Shown piece by piece: positions 50,701-60,181 of a stretch of DNA of 64,000 nucleotides (its first letter is position 1; every line of letters starts with the position of its first letter). The DNA is from a virus (taxonomy: Duplodnaviria; Caudoviricetes). The notes beneath the pieces were generated by a model. The model made no database searches. It was not told the DNA's origin and saw only the letters and a list, made by a program, of their open reading frames with translations. The stretch lies in IMG/VR virus record IMGVR_UViG_3300037067_003476, positions 32,001-96,000 of that record, one strand, 5' to 3'. The translations under genes and the position numbers were made by a program.

Positions 50701-51892
50701 ATCCGTTAACCCAGTATTGTAATCTAAGATTGTTTGATGCGTCTACATAGCATCTTAATCCGTTGTAGAAGTTGTTGTAGTTACCCCATCCGGCACCATA
50801 TAACGTGTAGTTGTTAAAGCTACCGCTCGTCCAAACCATCATCGTAATAGATGTTGTACCTGATACGCCAGGATACAAAGATCCGCGCTCAAATAATAGT
50901 GTGCCATCGTTCCATAGTGGGGCTGCAACAACTCCGCTCCCAACAAGACCCTCTTCTGTGTATGCTATGCTATCGAGATACCCAGACCACGATACAGACT
51001 TCGCGTATTCAATTCCGCCAGACGTAAATGGATGGTAGAATACCATGTCGTCTGGATAAATTGGATGCGCATTTAGCAATACCGAGCTTTTTACAAATAA
51101 ATCGCAAGACCCAGAAGACACACTTGGTATTGGACCAGAGATGAATAGGTCGAGTGATTCGGACAATGGATATTGTGATTCATAATCGCTCATCGGACTA
51201 TTGTATACGACAGCTAGGTCGTACAAATTCTGTAACTCTTCATTTGTAAACTGTGGTGCATTTTTCCATAGAACAAATTCGTCAATGGGAACCTGCCACA
51301 CACCATTTTTTCTATTATTTTGGTAATATCTAAGATATGTGGTGTTAAGTGTTGGATAATTAGCTTCGCTTATTGTTCCCAGGCTTTGCCATCCGCTACC
51401 ATTGATACTAATATCTCCAGATGCGACAGATCCATCAAATAGGACTCTGGCCACTATCAAGTGCCATGGAGTATTTGTTCCAACCGGCCCAACGATTGAG
51501 AATGAATCTAGAGACGTTGTTTTTGCATAGTATCCCAATTTAATATGAGATGTCGAATCTGTGTATATTTTGAGCCCATCTGTAAGATAACTAGCGACAC
51601 TACCATATCCACCAGCTATATTCGTTTCGGCATTTGCATGGACACCACTGGTCCAAGCTGCTATTGTTAATGATGTTGTGCCACTAGACGTTGGATAGTC
51701 CGATAGCGTTTGCGTTTCTATATAGTTCTCGGAGTATCCCTGTCGTACACAAAATCCGCTACCTATGAGTCCAGATGCTGTGGGATTAGCCCTGCCACTA
51801 ACATCTGTCCATAATTTACCAACCATATACTCATGTAAACCAGACGTAAACGGCAGGTAAAATATTACGTTGTCATCATACAAAAGACCCAT
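47732..51892 (-). CDS. large virion protein with four LamG/ConA-like repeats and SG..DL(F/Y)I.G linker repeats
   Basis: Four repeats V(F/Y)Y(H/L)PFTSG...W.L...R..F.G...SGD.S.NGS.W...DE..LW.N.P; many short DL(F/Y)(I/V).G repeats. Confidence 0.75.
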   Translation of the reverse strand: MGLLYDDNVIFYLPFTSGLHEYMVGKLWTDVSGRANPTASGLIGSGFCVRQGYSENYIETQTLSDYPTSSGTTSLTIAAWTSGVHANAETNIAGGYGSVASYLTDGLKIYTDSTSHIKLGYYAKTTSLDSFSIVGPVGTNTPWHLIVARVLFDGSVASGDISINGSGWQSLGTISEANYPTLNTTYLRYYQNNRKNGVWQVPIDEFVLWKNAPQFTNEELQNLYDLAVVYNSPMSDYESQYPLSESLDLFISGPIPSVSSGSCDLFVKSSVLLNAHPIYPDDMVFYHPFTSGGIEYAKSVSWSGYLDSIAYTEEGLVGSGVVAAPLWNDGTLLFERGSLYPGVSGTTSITMMVWTSGSFNNYTLYGAGWGNYNNFYNGLRCYVDASNNLRLQYWVNGSGPTLFTTSGPYADTSDWTLLIGRISFDGTDVFGDLSINGSGWTSVGYLSETTYPTGTDSHLRMYHYHKYSTQQYPADEVALWRNIPKLTNDQLSALYELGRSRQQLSQYPSNELNLFIGGTPAYDTEEIPLFVNGKDCSSGLCDLFIHGMGFMGSHLLYPDDVVFYHPFTSGALEYTRNVWWSSYNVEMVSNGFIGSGIKPTSLIPYVVRERGPLYPDCYGDTSYTAAIWSSGSNIFAKQYDVGWGDALVDTYNSIILAVNAGSYRSTVGYKVDGKNSIIFTPSGDFVSQTQWNLIVGRVYFNGVVASGDVSVNGSNWVSLPTKPEIRTPSGISSHVRFEPNNFTTTDKYPCDELILWHNIPKLSADQLKTFYQMGLSQFSMDQYPSNTKDLYIEGCLTSSGSIDLFVDVPEQSSGTIPSYISGYIPDVRFIGPHLLYPDNVVYYHPFTSGNIEQTKLVEWDTLGAIYVSGLIGSGITGDGFYPDVGASFYHEVNPLYDSSSGTISITSMYWTQGVVNGCVFGWSNSGVIDEGIYPSWVYSNVVMSYYLGSNPYSLPEFLTPNFVGGWHLIISRLVFDGTTASGDISMNGSGWQSMGSLPETRYPSGIASHAFFKYSNFVSSPGYKTDEVVLWKNIPRFTDDELQKIYQCGLSLIPMDFYPANTIDLCLGGHEKSSGLLDAVIGGVESVSDNVDLFVLSADVSSGNIDITENGHLPYFESIHLFAKGPDSYSGSMPLFISQRQTENFFDLFLKAQLITDSVDLYISGIFGYTQPLFLKTYDGDENSSLDLMIYGSPSGQTLGFTLKSLSLSIYNDSTPSTMDQSWHLFLNVESGSITYSGGMTCPLFMQTLSWPSGCIDLSISGPDVNSSGECDLYTIGDGELSYDISGCWPLYLDVHAGEISCVDMHITGFEWPSGITNLYVFGVSGTSYDNLDFVVHGHTTKNNRINLFTKGTDTVSANDIDLFVYGFTVYGTPSSGHIVFYEHGY

Positions 51893-51904
51893 ATCATCCT
51901 CGTG

Positions 51905-54900
51905 TTACGCAAGTTGTTGCGCCGCTACGCCAAATATACGAGCGCCTTCCATATCAGAGGCGTTGGCCAAATCTCTAAGAGTTCTGTATATGATTTGTTT
52001 TGCCGCATTTTTAGCAGCATCCTCAATAGCTGGCCGTAACTCATTCTGAATAGCCTCTGTCAGACCATTAACATTAACGTTAACCTGCTGTAGTGATTCA
52101 ACCTTCAGTCCGATACCTTCTTGTATCGTCTTTGATGTATCCGCTAGTGTTTCAGTTAGCGCTTGCTGCTGTCCAGATATCTCTTGTAATGTGGCCGTAT
52201 TATCGCGAGACGCAGAAGTGTTATCTCCGATACCAGGAATTTCAATAGCCACCAATTTATCTATCGCCTCTTTGATAATCTGTGCATTTTCAGTATTTGC
52301 GGTCCCGATTGACGCTATCACTGCATCTATTCTAGAAACCAAATCTGATAGCTGACTTACCTGCTGTGTCTGTTGTTGCCCATTTATTTCTGTCCTGCTA
52401 AAACCAGCGGCTGGATCGTTTACCGGAGACAAGTTAAATAGTCCACCAAGACTTTCTTTTAGTCGACTAAACGTATCAGAAATTGTATTTGTGGACTGAA
52501 CAATATTTTGTACGGCTATGTCGCCAGACTCTCCAATTGTTACTGTTCTTCCACCGTATCCAGGGGCTGGCATTATAATACCACCACCAGTTTTTCCCGA
52601 TTGCAACTCTTCAACAAACTTATTTGGATTAAAAAGTTCTTGCGCAACAATTTGTTGTCTAGTTGTATCTATCAGTGCTGTTGGCTTATATGTCGCTGGT
52701 CCGACAGATGGTGCTGTAACAGGAACAAAACCGGTAGATGGCTGTGTTGTCGCAATATCAACTGGTCTGGATGCTGTGGCTAAGTCTGCTATGGCCGTTG
52801 TCGCCATGGTAGCAGAACGACCTAACTCGTTTATTGAATTGGTTGTTTCGGCATTGACTGTTCTTCCCTTTTCGAGAACATCAAATAACTCTGTAACGGC
52901 TGGGGTCACCTGGAATTCGTCTAGCTTCGCACCCTCACCAGCCGCTAGAATTGATAGTATCCTACTCTTGATTTCTTCTTCGGTCCCAGGAGAAATAGCA
53001 GCCCTTTCTTTTGCTAAAACATCTGCAATTGCGGCAATGCCTTCTGTTCGTGTTTTTTGTGATTGTGATTCTCGAATCTCTTGTAGCGTTGATAGATTCT
53101 TCCCAGGACCAGTAATGGCACCGCCGTAATAACCAATTCCATAAACAGCCTTACCTGGTTCTTCAACACGAATCTTTTGTTGGGACAACAACTGGTTTGC
53201 TCTGCTTTCGAGTTCTTGTACAGACAATCCGCCAAACAATGCTCGCTCAAAGCTAGTTAACTGTCCGGGTGTCATTGTTTCAAGATTGGCTTTTGTTCCA
53301 GTAAATAATGGAGTTTGTCCTATCGGGGTCTCTTTGAGACCCATTTGAATAACAGCAGACTCAAATTTGTCAACGGCTTTGCTGAATTTGTTAGCACCAA
53401 ACGGATCGTTCAGACCAGTCTCTTCGGCAATGATCCTTTCTTGTTCTATGCCTATTTGGCCAAGTTGTCTTTCCAGTAATTGGATTTGTTCTTTTGTTAG
53501 CTCTGATCGCTGCTTTGATTCTAGTCTAAAAATCTCGGTAATCGTTTCGTTAAATCCCGTTATAGCACTTTGCATCGATTCGCTAATGCCAGCAAATTGT
53601 GTTTTATCTATGGCAGTTGGTTCAACATTGATTTGTCTCTGATAGATTTCTTGTAATCTTTTTTGTGACTCTATCAGAGAGTCGGTTAATCGGCGAGATG
53701 CTTCCTTATTAACCTCAAGTGGACCGCCAGCTATCTCTTTCGCAATGCTATATGGCTGTTCGATTTGACCACGGGTTTCCCTCATTAGTCGTAGTTGCTC
53801 ATCGAGAACGGCTCTTTCTTCTTGCGTGCCAGCGGCAGATCTCCTGCCGACAAGAACCATTTCGGTCTTGCGCATTCCCTCTATTTGAGCGCCAAGCTTT
53901 GTTTGCAGATTAACCGCCTCTTCCTGCTTCGTAATTCTTTCTTGTTCAAATTGGTCGTATGACGATAACGATCTCTTTAGTGATTCTATAGCCGCCTGTA
54001 ATGCCAGAAAACGGCTTCTCGTATTTTCAAGGTCTTGAACCATTGCGATAAATGACTTTTCCATACCAGTGTCGTCTATCGTTACGCCCGTTTCAGCGGC
54101 CCTATAAATGGCATTTAGCTGACTAGCCATCTCTCTTGTAATATTTGTCATGGCCTCTTGCAACGACGGAACCAGATTGGTTGATCTCAATAGATCTGTC
54201 GGTGTTCCGGTTTCTCTCGCTGGAGTTCTAATACCTGCTCGTCTTAGCATCTCCATTGTAATTTCGAATTGTGTTTCCGGAGTATTGCCAATACCCACTT
54301 CTCGTTGTAGTTGTCGAGCTTCAAATTCCCCTCGTCTTTGCGATACCAATAACCTTGCGTTTAATTCCTGTTGTGTAATATTGACAATATCGTCTTGTGT
54401 TGGCATAATAATGCCGATATGTTTTTTAATCAGTTCGTTCATTTTATCGGTATTGATTCCGGCACCAGACAGTTCAATACCTTCGAGCATAGCAATGCCG
54501 ATATCTCTGAGCAACATACTAACACGACCCTTGAGTTTATCCGGAATCTCTTGTGATTCAATAAACCGCTGGATGGTCTCGTCTATCTGATCTTCTTCCA
54601 GTGGTGGTAAAAATTTTCCTGGCTCTAGTTTTCCAGCGGTTGTCGCCTGGGCCTGTAGGCTGGAAATACTTTCTACGAACTTCTTTGTTATTTCTACGAT
54701 ATCATTGGTTGTTTTAACGTAATTTGCCAAATCTGGCTTTGCTGTTTCTAACCCAGCCAATCTTCCAGCACCAAGCAACTCTATCGTCGCTTGTTTTTCT
54801 AGTTGCTGCGGTAGTTTTGGTGCGCTGATACCCTCTATCGACCCAGTTACAGCATCAAATGCATTGACACTGGCTGTTATGGATTTAGCTACTTCGTCGA

Positions 54901-57796
54901 CAGCCTTTCCAAGAGTAATTAATTGTCCAGGAAGAGTTGGTGGTACCAAGACCATAGATAGATTGCGCGCTGCTGTTCTAGCAGCCTCGTCAAGTCGCGA
55001 TTGACGTATGGCAGCAGCCTGTTTATCAATAGCCTCTTTGATTGCAGACCATCCACCAGCCCTTTGCAAAATCGTGTTGGTAATTTCGGTAGATAAATCC
55101 GCCGAAAATCTCATACCTCGTTGCTGTAGAAATTCTTGTACAGTACTTTGTAGGTTGCCATAGAAATCAGACCCGCTTTTTTGAACGGCAGACTCCATTA
55201 TGGTATGTAGCAAATTAAGATTCTGTCCGAAAATATCAGAAACCATTTTAGAAGCATCAATGCTTACCGCACTCGGATCAAATGCTTCTCCAATTTTTCT
55301 AATGTCAAAAGACAATATACCAGAAACCAGCGTATTTAATCTTCTACCTACTTCGGCAACGCCGCCAGCAAAACCTGAATAATATTCGACTGATTGCTTA
55401 ATGGTATTCAGGGTTGAGTCTACCAATGTTTTAAGTGCGGCATCGGTATCGGCTATGTTAGATGGATCTGGAACCTGAATCGCCTTGATTTTCGCAGCAA
55501 CCTCATCCATCTTTTCTGTTATAGCAGTCTCTACTTGGTTCGCTCTTGTAGTAGCAGCCAGACCAATTAATGCTACCGCAGCACCGGCTGGACCAGCGAA
55601 TCTGCCGATACCAGTCCCTCTCGCGCCAGGCGCAAATCCCCGAAGAGTTTGTCCAACGCTTTGACCACGCAAGATAGATAATAGACCAACAAGCATTGTG
55701 GTTGACTTAATCATTCTTCCTGTGAATTCGGCGGTAGACTTTGCCGCACCATCCAATTGATTTGAATAATTGTCAACCGCATCACCAAGAACAGACACAA
55801 CACCAAGCCCAACCAACTGTGCCGCTGGACTTTGATAAAGTGGTACGGCAGTTGGTAGCTGTCCCTCTGGTAATCCCATGCGCCTACTAGCAGCGGTTAA
55901 TCCTTGTGTTCTGCCAGACGCAAATTGTTGTCCCACTAAACCCAATAGGCCAACGCCCTGGACTCCACTTATCCCGCCAGCAGTACTTACTCGTCCAGCT
56001 AAACTCGCTAGTAGACCAACCCCCTTAACAGCAGCAGTTGCTGCACCAATAGCCAATAGTGTTTTTAGCAACGGGGATAGTACTCCCGTCAACTTAGTTG
56101 CTGCATTACCAGCACTAATCATAAATTGGATAAATGGGGTAAAGATCTCCGGAGCCAATGTTTGAACAAGTTCGTTCATCTTGGCTTTCATAACGTCTAT
56201 CTGCTTAGATAAAGCACTCATCCCCTTGGCAACGTCGTTCTGTACCGATCCAGCAGAAGACAGCGAAACGCCAAGTGCTTCATTAACAAGATTGAAGTTA
56301 TCTAATATGGCTATGACTCTGCCTATTTGTCTCAAGCCGCCGAGACTTTCTGCTATATCTCGTCGTCTCAGTTCATCTGCGCCTGCGAAGACTTTAGATG
56401 TTTGCTCTAATATTCTATACAATGACAGAACCTTACCGCTAGCATCTTCTGTTTGAACCCCAATGCTACGTAGAAATTCTAGCGTAGCTGGACGGGTAAT
56501 TCTTGCAGATATTGTTCTAAGTCCGGTACCAATTGTTTCTGCGCTTTCTTGTGTTGTTTGTTTTGCTGCGGTTATGATAGCCAAGAATTCGTCGATATTA
56601 CCACCAAGAGCAGACCATGCACCTCCACCACGCTTAATAGCCTCTATAAGATCTCCTGACGTTACCGCATATCTTTTAGCTACTTCGTTAACCTTATCGA
56701 ACACTGTTGGTATGTCTTCCGCCTCTAACTTAAACTGACCCATAATGGCGATAAGACCTTCTGTGGCCTGATCGATCCCTTCAAGAGACGGAAGCAATGG
56801 TACTTTGGAAATCATTTCTAGCGCGGCGCGCAATCTATCGCCCTCAAATCCAGCTTGCGCAAGAGTTACAGCAGCCTTGCCTAGCTCATTGGCACTGGTA
56901 CCAGTTGCGACACTTAGATCTAATATCTCGTTTCGAAGACTGACCAATTCCATTCGTGTTGGCTGAAGGGTTTGGTCTAACTTAACCATCGTTAGATCAA
57001 AATCAATTACATTTTTAGTGGCCTCTCGTATTCCGGCCAATGCCACAAATGGTATGGTGGTAGCAGCTAAAAATGCCCCGTATCTTTTTCCGGCTAGAAA
57101 TATAGAATCACCAAAATCCTTAGCAGCCATAGTGGACTTGGCCATATTGCCAGTTACAGCCGTAGCTGTTGTGGAACTAGATGCGCCAATTTTGTCGATT
57201 GTTAGCGCAGCCTGTTCCGTAGCTGCTTTTAGTTTTTCAATATTCGGTATTGTATCTGGCGAAACCACGGATGGTATGTATGGCTTAGTAGTCATGGACG
57301 GTATCTTGGGCATAGTGGTTTGCTGTGCCGCTTGTACTATTAGTGGGCCAGCCTGAGCAATAGCATCCTTTGTTGATTTCGCAGCGCTGGATATTTGTTG
57401 AATTTGGGCATTAATGTTCGCCTGAGTTGCACCAGCACCAACCACTGGAGAGACCACACCCTTGGTTGCTGCTATTGTTGGGGATATGCCTATGCCTTGT
57501 GCCTGTTTTAACTTGCCTATTAGCACATCAACAGAATTCGCAGCCTTTAGTACAGATCCCTCAACCGATACCCCAACCGATTGTGCTGCCGTTGCAAGTC
57601 CTTGCATTTGTTTGATGGCGACAGCTATTCCGGCATTAAACTTAGTGATTGACTGTAGAGCGACGGGGTTTAATCCCTTGAAACCAGACAATTTACCAAG
57701 ATCTACTCCCTTAGTAATACCAGCAAGTTGTTGCTTAATGTCAGCACCAACTATAATTGACGATATTCGTAAGCTGGAATCAAGTACGAATCCCAT
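51905..57796 (-). CDS. tape measure protein
   Basis: 1963 aa, Ala/Gly-rich and helical; TP901-type core (LAQAG, V.EVAK.YAVTS.DL.EA..R.G, ESAETIGTGLRTISARI). Confidence 0.92.
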   Translation of the reverse strand: MGFVLDSSLRISSIIVGADIKQQLAGITKGVDLGKLSGFKGLNPVALQSITKFNAGIAVAIKQMQGLATAAQSVGVSVEGSVLKAANSVDVLIGKLKQAQGIGISPTIAATKGVVSPVVGAGATQANINAQIQQISSAAKSTKDAIAQAGPLIVQAAQQTTMPKIPSMTTKPYIPSVVSPDTIPNIEKLKAATEQAALTIDKIGASSSTTATAVTGNMAKSTMAAKDFGDSIFLAGKRYGAFLAATTIPFVALAGIREATKNVIDFDLTMVKLDQTLQPTRMELVSLRNEILDLSVATGTSANELGKAAVTLAQAGFEGDRLRAALEMISKVPLLPSLEGIDQATEGLIAIMGQFKLEAEDIPTVFDKVNEVAKRYAVTSGDLIEAIKRGGGAWSALGGNIDEFLAIITAAKQTTQESAETIGTGLRTISARITRPATLEFLRSIGVQTEDASGKVLSLYRILEQTSKVFAGADELRRRDIAESLGGLRQIGRVIAILDNFNLVNEALGVSLSSAGSVQNDVAKGMSALSKQIDVMKAKMNELVQTLAPEIFTPFIQFMISAGNAATKLTGVLSPLLKTLLAIGAATAAVKGVGLLASLAGRVSTAGGISGVQGVGLLGLVGQQFASGRTQGLTAASRRMGLPEGQLPTAVPLYQSPAAQLVGLGVVSVLGDAVDNYSNQLDGAAKSTAEFTGRMIKSTTMLVGLLSILRGQSVGQTLRGFAPGARGTGIGRFAGPAGAAVALIGLAATTRANQVETAITEKMDEVAAKIKAIQVPDPSNIADTDAALKTLVDSTLNTIKQSVEYYSGFAGGVAEVGRRLNTLVSGILSFDIRKIGEAFDPSAVSIDASKMVSDIFGQNLNLLHTIMESAVQKSGSDFYGNLQSTVQEFLQQRGMRFSADLSTEITNTILQRAGGWSAIKEAIDKQAAAIRQSRLDEAARTAARNLSMVLVPPTLPGQLITLGKAVDEVAKSITASVNAFDAVTGSIEGISAPKLPQQLEKQATIELLGAGRLAGLETAKPDLANYVKTTNDIVEITKKFVESISSLQAQATTAGKLEPGKFLPPLEEDQIDETIQRFIESQEIPDKLKGRVSMLLRDIGIAMLEGIELSGAGINTDKMNELIKKHIGIIMPTQDDIVNITQQELNARLLVSQRRGEFEARQLQREVGIGNTPETQFEITMEMLRRAGIRTPARETGTPTDLLRSTNLVPSLQEAMTNITREMASQLNAIYRAAETGVTIDDTGMEKSFIAMVQDLENTRSRFLALQAAIESLKRSLSSYDQFEQERITKQEEAVNLQTKLGAQIEGMRKTEMVLVGRRSAAGTQEERAVLDEQLRLMRETRGQIEQPYSIAKEIAGGPLEVNKEASRRLTDSLIESQKRLQEIYQRQINVEPTAIDKTQFAGISESMQSAITGFNETITEIFRLESKQRSELTKEQIQLLERQLGQIGIEQERIIAEETGLNDPFGANKFSKAVDKFESAVIQMGLKETPIGQTPLFTGTKANLETMTPGQLTSFERALFGGLSVQELESRANQLLSQQKIRVEEPGKAVYGIGYYGGAITGPGKNLSTLQEIRESQSQKTRTEGIAAIADVLAKERAAISPGTEEEIKSRILSILAAGEGAKLDEFQVTPAVTELFDVLEKGRTVNAETTNSINELGRSATMATTAIADLATASRPVDIATTQPSTGFVPVTAPSVGPATYKPTALIDTTRQQIVAQELFNPNKFVEELQSGKTGGGIIMPAPGYGGRTVTIGESGDIAVQNIVQSTNTISDTFSRLKESLGGLFNLSPVNDPAAGFSRTEINGQQQTQQVSQLSDLVSRIDAVIASIGTANTENAQIIKEAIDKLVAIEIPGIGDNTSASRDNTATLQEISGQQQALTETLADTSKTIQEGIGLKVESLQQVNVNVNGLTEAIQNELRPAIEDAAKNAAKQIIYRTLRDLANASDMEGARIFGVAAQQLA

Positions 57797-57802
57797 TTGA
57801 TA

Positions 57803-58669
57803 TTACCCCTTATTCCGACCCCTCTTCTTGGGTTTCGTTATGCTATCGCCGATTAGCTCTCCGGTTTCGTCGTCTATAAATGGTTTGACATCAATAACCA
57901 ATTCACCATTTACATCAACCTTGTTACCATCAACATCAACAAAATTGCCATCCTTATCGATATATCTACCATTCTCGTCAACGCGACGACCAGATCGATC
58001 TACAAAACTGCCACTTCTATCCGTTAGTCTTCCGCTTTGATCCATGAATCCATACTTCTTCATCCATTGAATTTCTGGAAGTGTGTCGGCGAACCCGTCA
58101 TCGTATCCATACATAATTTTCGCCAAAGTTGTTGCTACAAGTATAGCAACAGGTTCATCGCTCCTACTCAAATAATCGTCAACATCCATAAAATATGGAT
58201 TACCATTATCTGCCCTAATAGCACATTTGGTAATAAGCCAATTGAATCGATAGTTCTCGGCAACAGATTCCATCGTCGCACTATCAAACTGCGATCTCTT
58301 GGCATGAAGTTGCATCAATTCGTTTCGAAGATCTCCAATATGTAATGCGAAACTGCGAGCCTCTGAAAGTTTAATGCCACCCTGTTTTAACGCACACTCG
58401 CATGCTCGTATCTCGATTTGTAGCTCATTGAATCGAACCGCGTCATCTCTTGTCCACACACCCATGTTTTCAAGATGTTTGTCCAGTTCACTTCTTAACA
58501 GAAGCCTTTCATTTTTGTTTACGCCACTCCTCATAAGCTGGGCCAGTCGAAGACTGTACTGAAGTTGTGCTTCTTGCATCAACTTATGCCCAGGTTTGAC
58601 AACAACCAAGTCAACATCTTTCTCCAAGAGATCCTTGCCTGTAACATCAATTTGCTTATCCATCCTCAT
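57803..58669 (-). CDS. tail assembly chaperone-like protein (paralog 2) with D-x-x-G repeats
   Basis: Directly upstream of TMP; similar to 58979-60055. Confidence 0.62.
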   Translation of the reverse strand: MRMDKQIDVTGKDLLEKDVDLVVVKPGHKLMQEAQLQYSLRLAQLMRSGVNKNERLLLRSELDKHLENMGVWTRDDAVRFNELQIEIRACECALKQGGIKLSEARSFALHIGDLRNELMQLHAKRSQFDSATMESVAENYRFNWLITKCAIRADNGNPYFMDVDDYLSRSDEPVAILVATTLAKIMYGYDDGFADTLPEIQWMKKYGFMDQSGRLTDRSGSFVDRSGRRVDENGRYIDKDGNFVDVDGNKVDVNGELVIDVKPFIDDETGELIGDSITKPKKRGRNKG

Positions 58670-58982
58670 TCTCTCCTATTGGTTTCAGTGACATCCTATA
58701 TCCTACGAACTCAACGGTGTGTAGGTCTATTTCCGCATTCAATGCCCTTACCTGTTTATTGCCATTATTCAAAACGCTTAACCGAAGTTGTTCCCATCTT
58801 TCTCTGTTGATTTTCTGTCGTGCTGTAATTTCATCTTCTGGCAAACCCATTCCCCACAATTCCAATCCGAATACCTGTTCAAACTCAGCTATTGGAAAAA
58901 TAAAGCTAGTGGTTATTTTCTTTGACGCTATCTGTTTTAGTCTGCCTCTTGATCGGCTATTGATCTGGTCTTTTCGATTCAT
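58656..58982 (-). CDS. hypothetical protein (tail module)
   Basis: Coupled ORF; FE..FG.ELWG, LNNGN.Q.R. Confidence 0.6.
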   Translation of the reverse strand: MNRKDQINSRSRGRLKQIASKKITTSFIFPIAEFEQVFGLELWGMGLPEDEITARQKINRERWEQLRLSVLNNGNKQVRALNAEIDLHTVEFVGYRMSLKPIGENEDG

Positions 58983-60055
58983 CTCCGAATCCTTTCTCGG
59001 GACTTCGCCATAGCCAACTCCCTCATTTCTGCCTGACTATTTGGGAGATGCGCGTCGCTAATTTCATGCGACCCACTAATTATTTCCTGGTTTCTCTTAA
59101 TTGTCCTCCTGGCCACAGGAGTATTCATGTCATAAACCCTACTGGCACTATTGCGATCTGTAACCACAAATACTTCCTGTCTCCCACTCTGTGTATTGCT
59201 TATGTTTAATATTCCCTCAGATTCTTTTTGTTTTGTACTGGAATCAGATTTTTCATTTTGTCGAATAATCCACGAGTCTAGCAGGTCGTCGTCGTTGACA
59301 ACCAGACTGCTGGGTCTATCGTATGAATCAAATACCATGTCGTATAGATGAGACCATCGAACCAACTCGGCTTGGTTATAACCCCATTCGATTGGATTGC
59401 CGTTAAAGATACGGCTAACTATTTTACCAGCATTCCACATAAATCTCCATGGATCTGTTCTTGCAATTTCTCTCAACACACGTTCAGAATATCGTGATGT
59501 AAGAAAGAAAATCGTAACAAGTTGCTTGATAATCGCATGTTCATTTGAAGTATCAATATCATCAAAAAACTTACTACCATCAACCATATGGGCTACACAC
59601 CCTATTAGATATCTTTGTTGCGCCATTGCCGAATACGACTCTATTGTGTCGTTAAGCAACGATGACCGTTGTTCGATCTTGTCAACCAACGCCTTTTCTG
59701 CCCGCCTAATTGCGCTCCTGGTTTTTTCAAGACGATCTGTGTTAAACAGGAAGTCTAACAACCCACGCTTCATTGTATAGATGTCTTTTTTCAACCCGGC
59801 TATCTGTGCGTCAAATTCGCTAGACCACGCACCAGTATTTGTATACAATGCCATTGCCTCTTCCTCTGACATAAGACCATTTGTTCGGGCGAATACATAT
59901 GCTTCGTTATATACAATTGTGGCCATAGCCAGATCTTCCGATGTTGCAGGACGCAAAATAATGGTGACGCGCGACCCGTCATTAAGGGTAGAGTTCACAG
60001 ATATTTTGCCCCATGATATCAATGCGATTAATCTTTCCCGCTCTGCGCGATCCAT
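58979..60055 (-). CDS. tail assembly chaperone-like protein (paralog 1)
   Basis: Between tube gene and TMP; helical; LREIARTDPWR..W, DDDLLDSW. Confidence 0.62.
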   Translation of the reverse strand: MDRAERERLIALISWGKISVNSTLNDGSRVTIILRPATSEDLAMATIVYNEAYVFARTNGLMSEEEAMALYTNTGAWSSEFDAQIAGLKKDIYTMKRGLLDFLFNTDRLEKTRSAIRRAEKALVDKIEQRSSLLNDTIESYSAMAQQRYLIGCVAHMVDGSKFFDDIDTSNEHAIIKQLVTIFFLTSRYSERVLREIARTDPWRFMWNAGKIVSRIFNGNPIEWGYNQAELVRWSHLYDMVFDSYDRPSSLVVNDDDLLDSWIIRQNEKSDSSTKQKESEGILNISNTQSGRQEVFVVTDRNSASRVYDMNTPVARRTIKRNQEIISGSHEISDAHLPNSQAEMRELAMAKSRERIRR

Positions 60056-60110
60056 CGTTCCTATCCCTTAAACCAACTAGACAAGTGCTGTCCAAGGTTA
60101 CTTTCCTAAC

Positions 60111-60122
60111 TATTTATACACC
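60111..60122 (-). promoter_or_regulatory. late-promoter-like motif GGTGTATAAATA
   Basis: Same motif; contains TATAAATA. Confidence 0.68.
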
Positions 60123-60154
60123 AAAAAAAGACCGGCCACTCATTGACCGGTCTT
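60123..60154 (-). terminator. intrinsic terminator after tail tube gene
   Basis: AGACCGGTCA-ATGAG-TGGCCGGTCT followed by T-run. Confidence 0.85.
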
Positions 60155-60181
60155 CGTTGGTTCGCTGTCGTTTATTGTATA

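Noticed and set aside
52518-57800. Long + strand ORFs antisense to the tape measure and other genes
   Set aside because: Shadow ORFs from codon bias; no motifs or ribosome-binding sites.
15626-57802. Other in-frame ORF pairs with short gaps (15625/15629, 17337/17341, 47719/47732, 51892/51905, 57796/57803) as further hop sites
   Set aside because: Each downstream ORF has a plausible SD and start, and no conserved motif is split across the junction.
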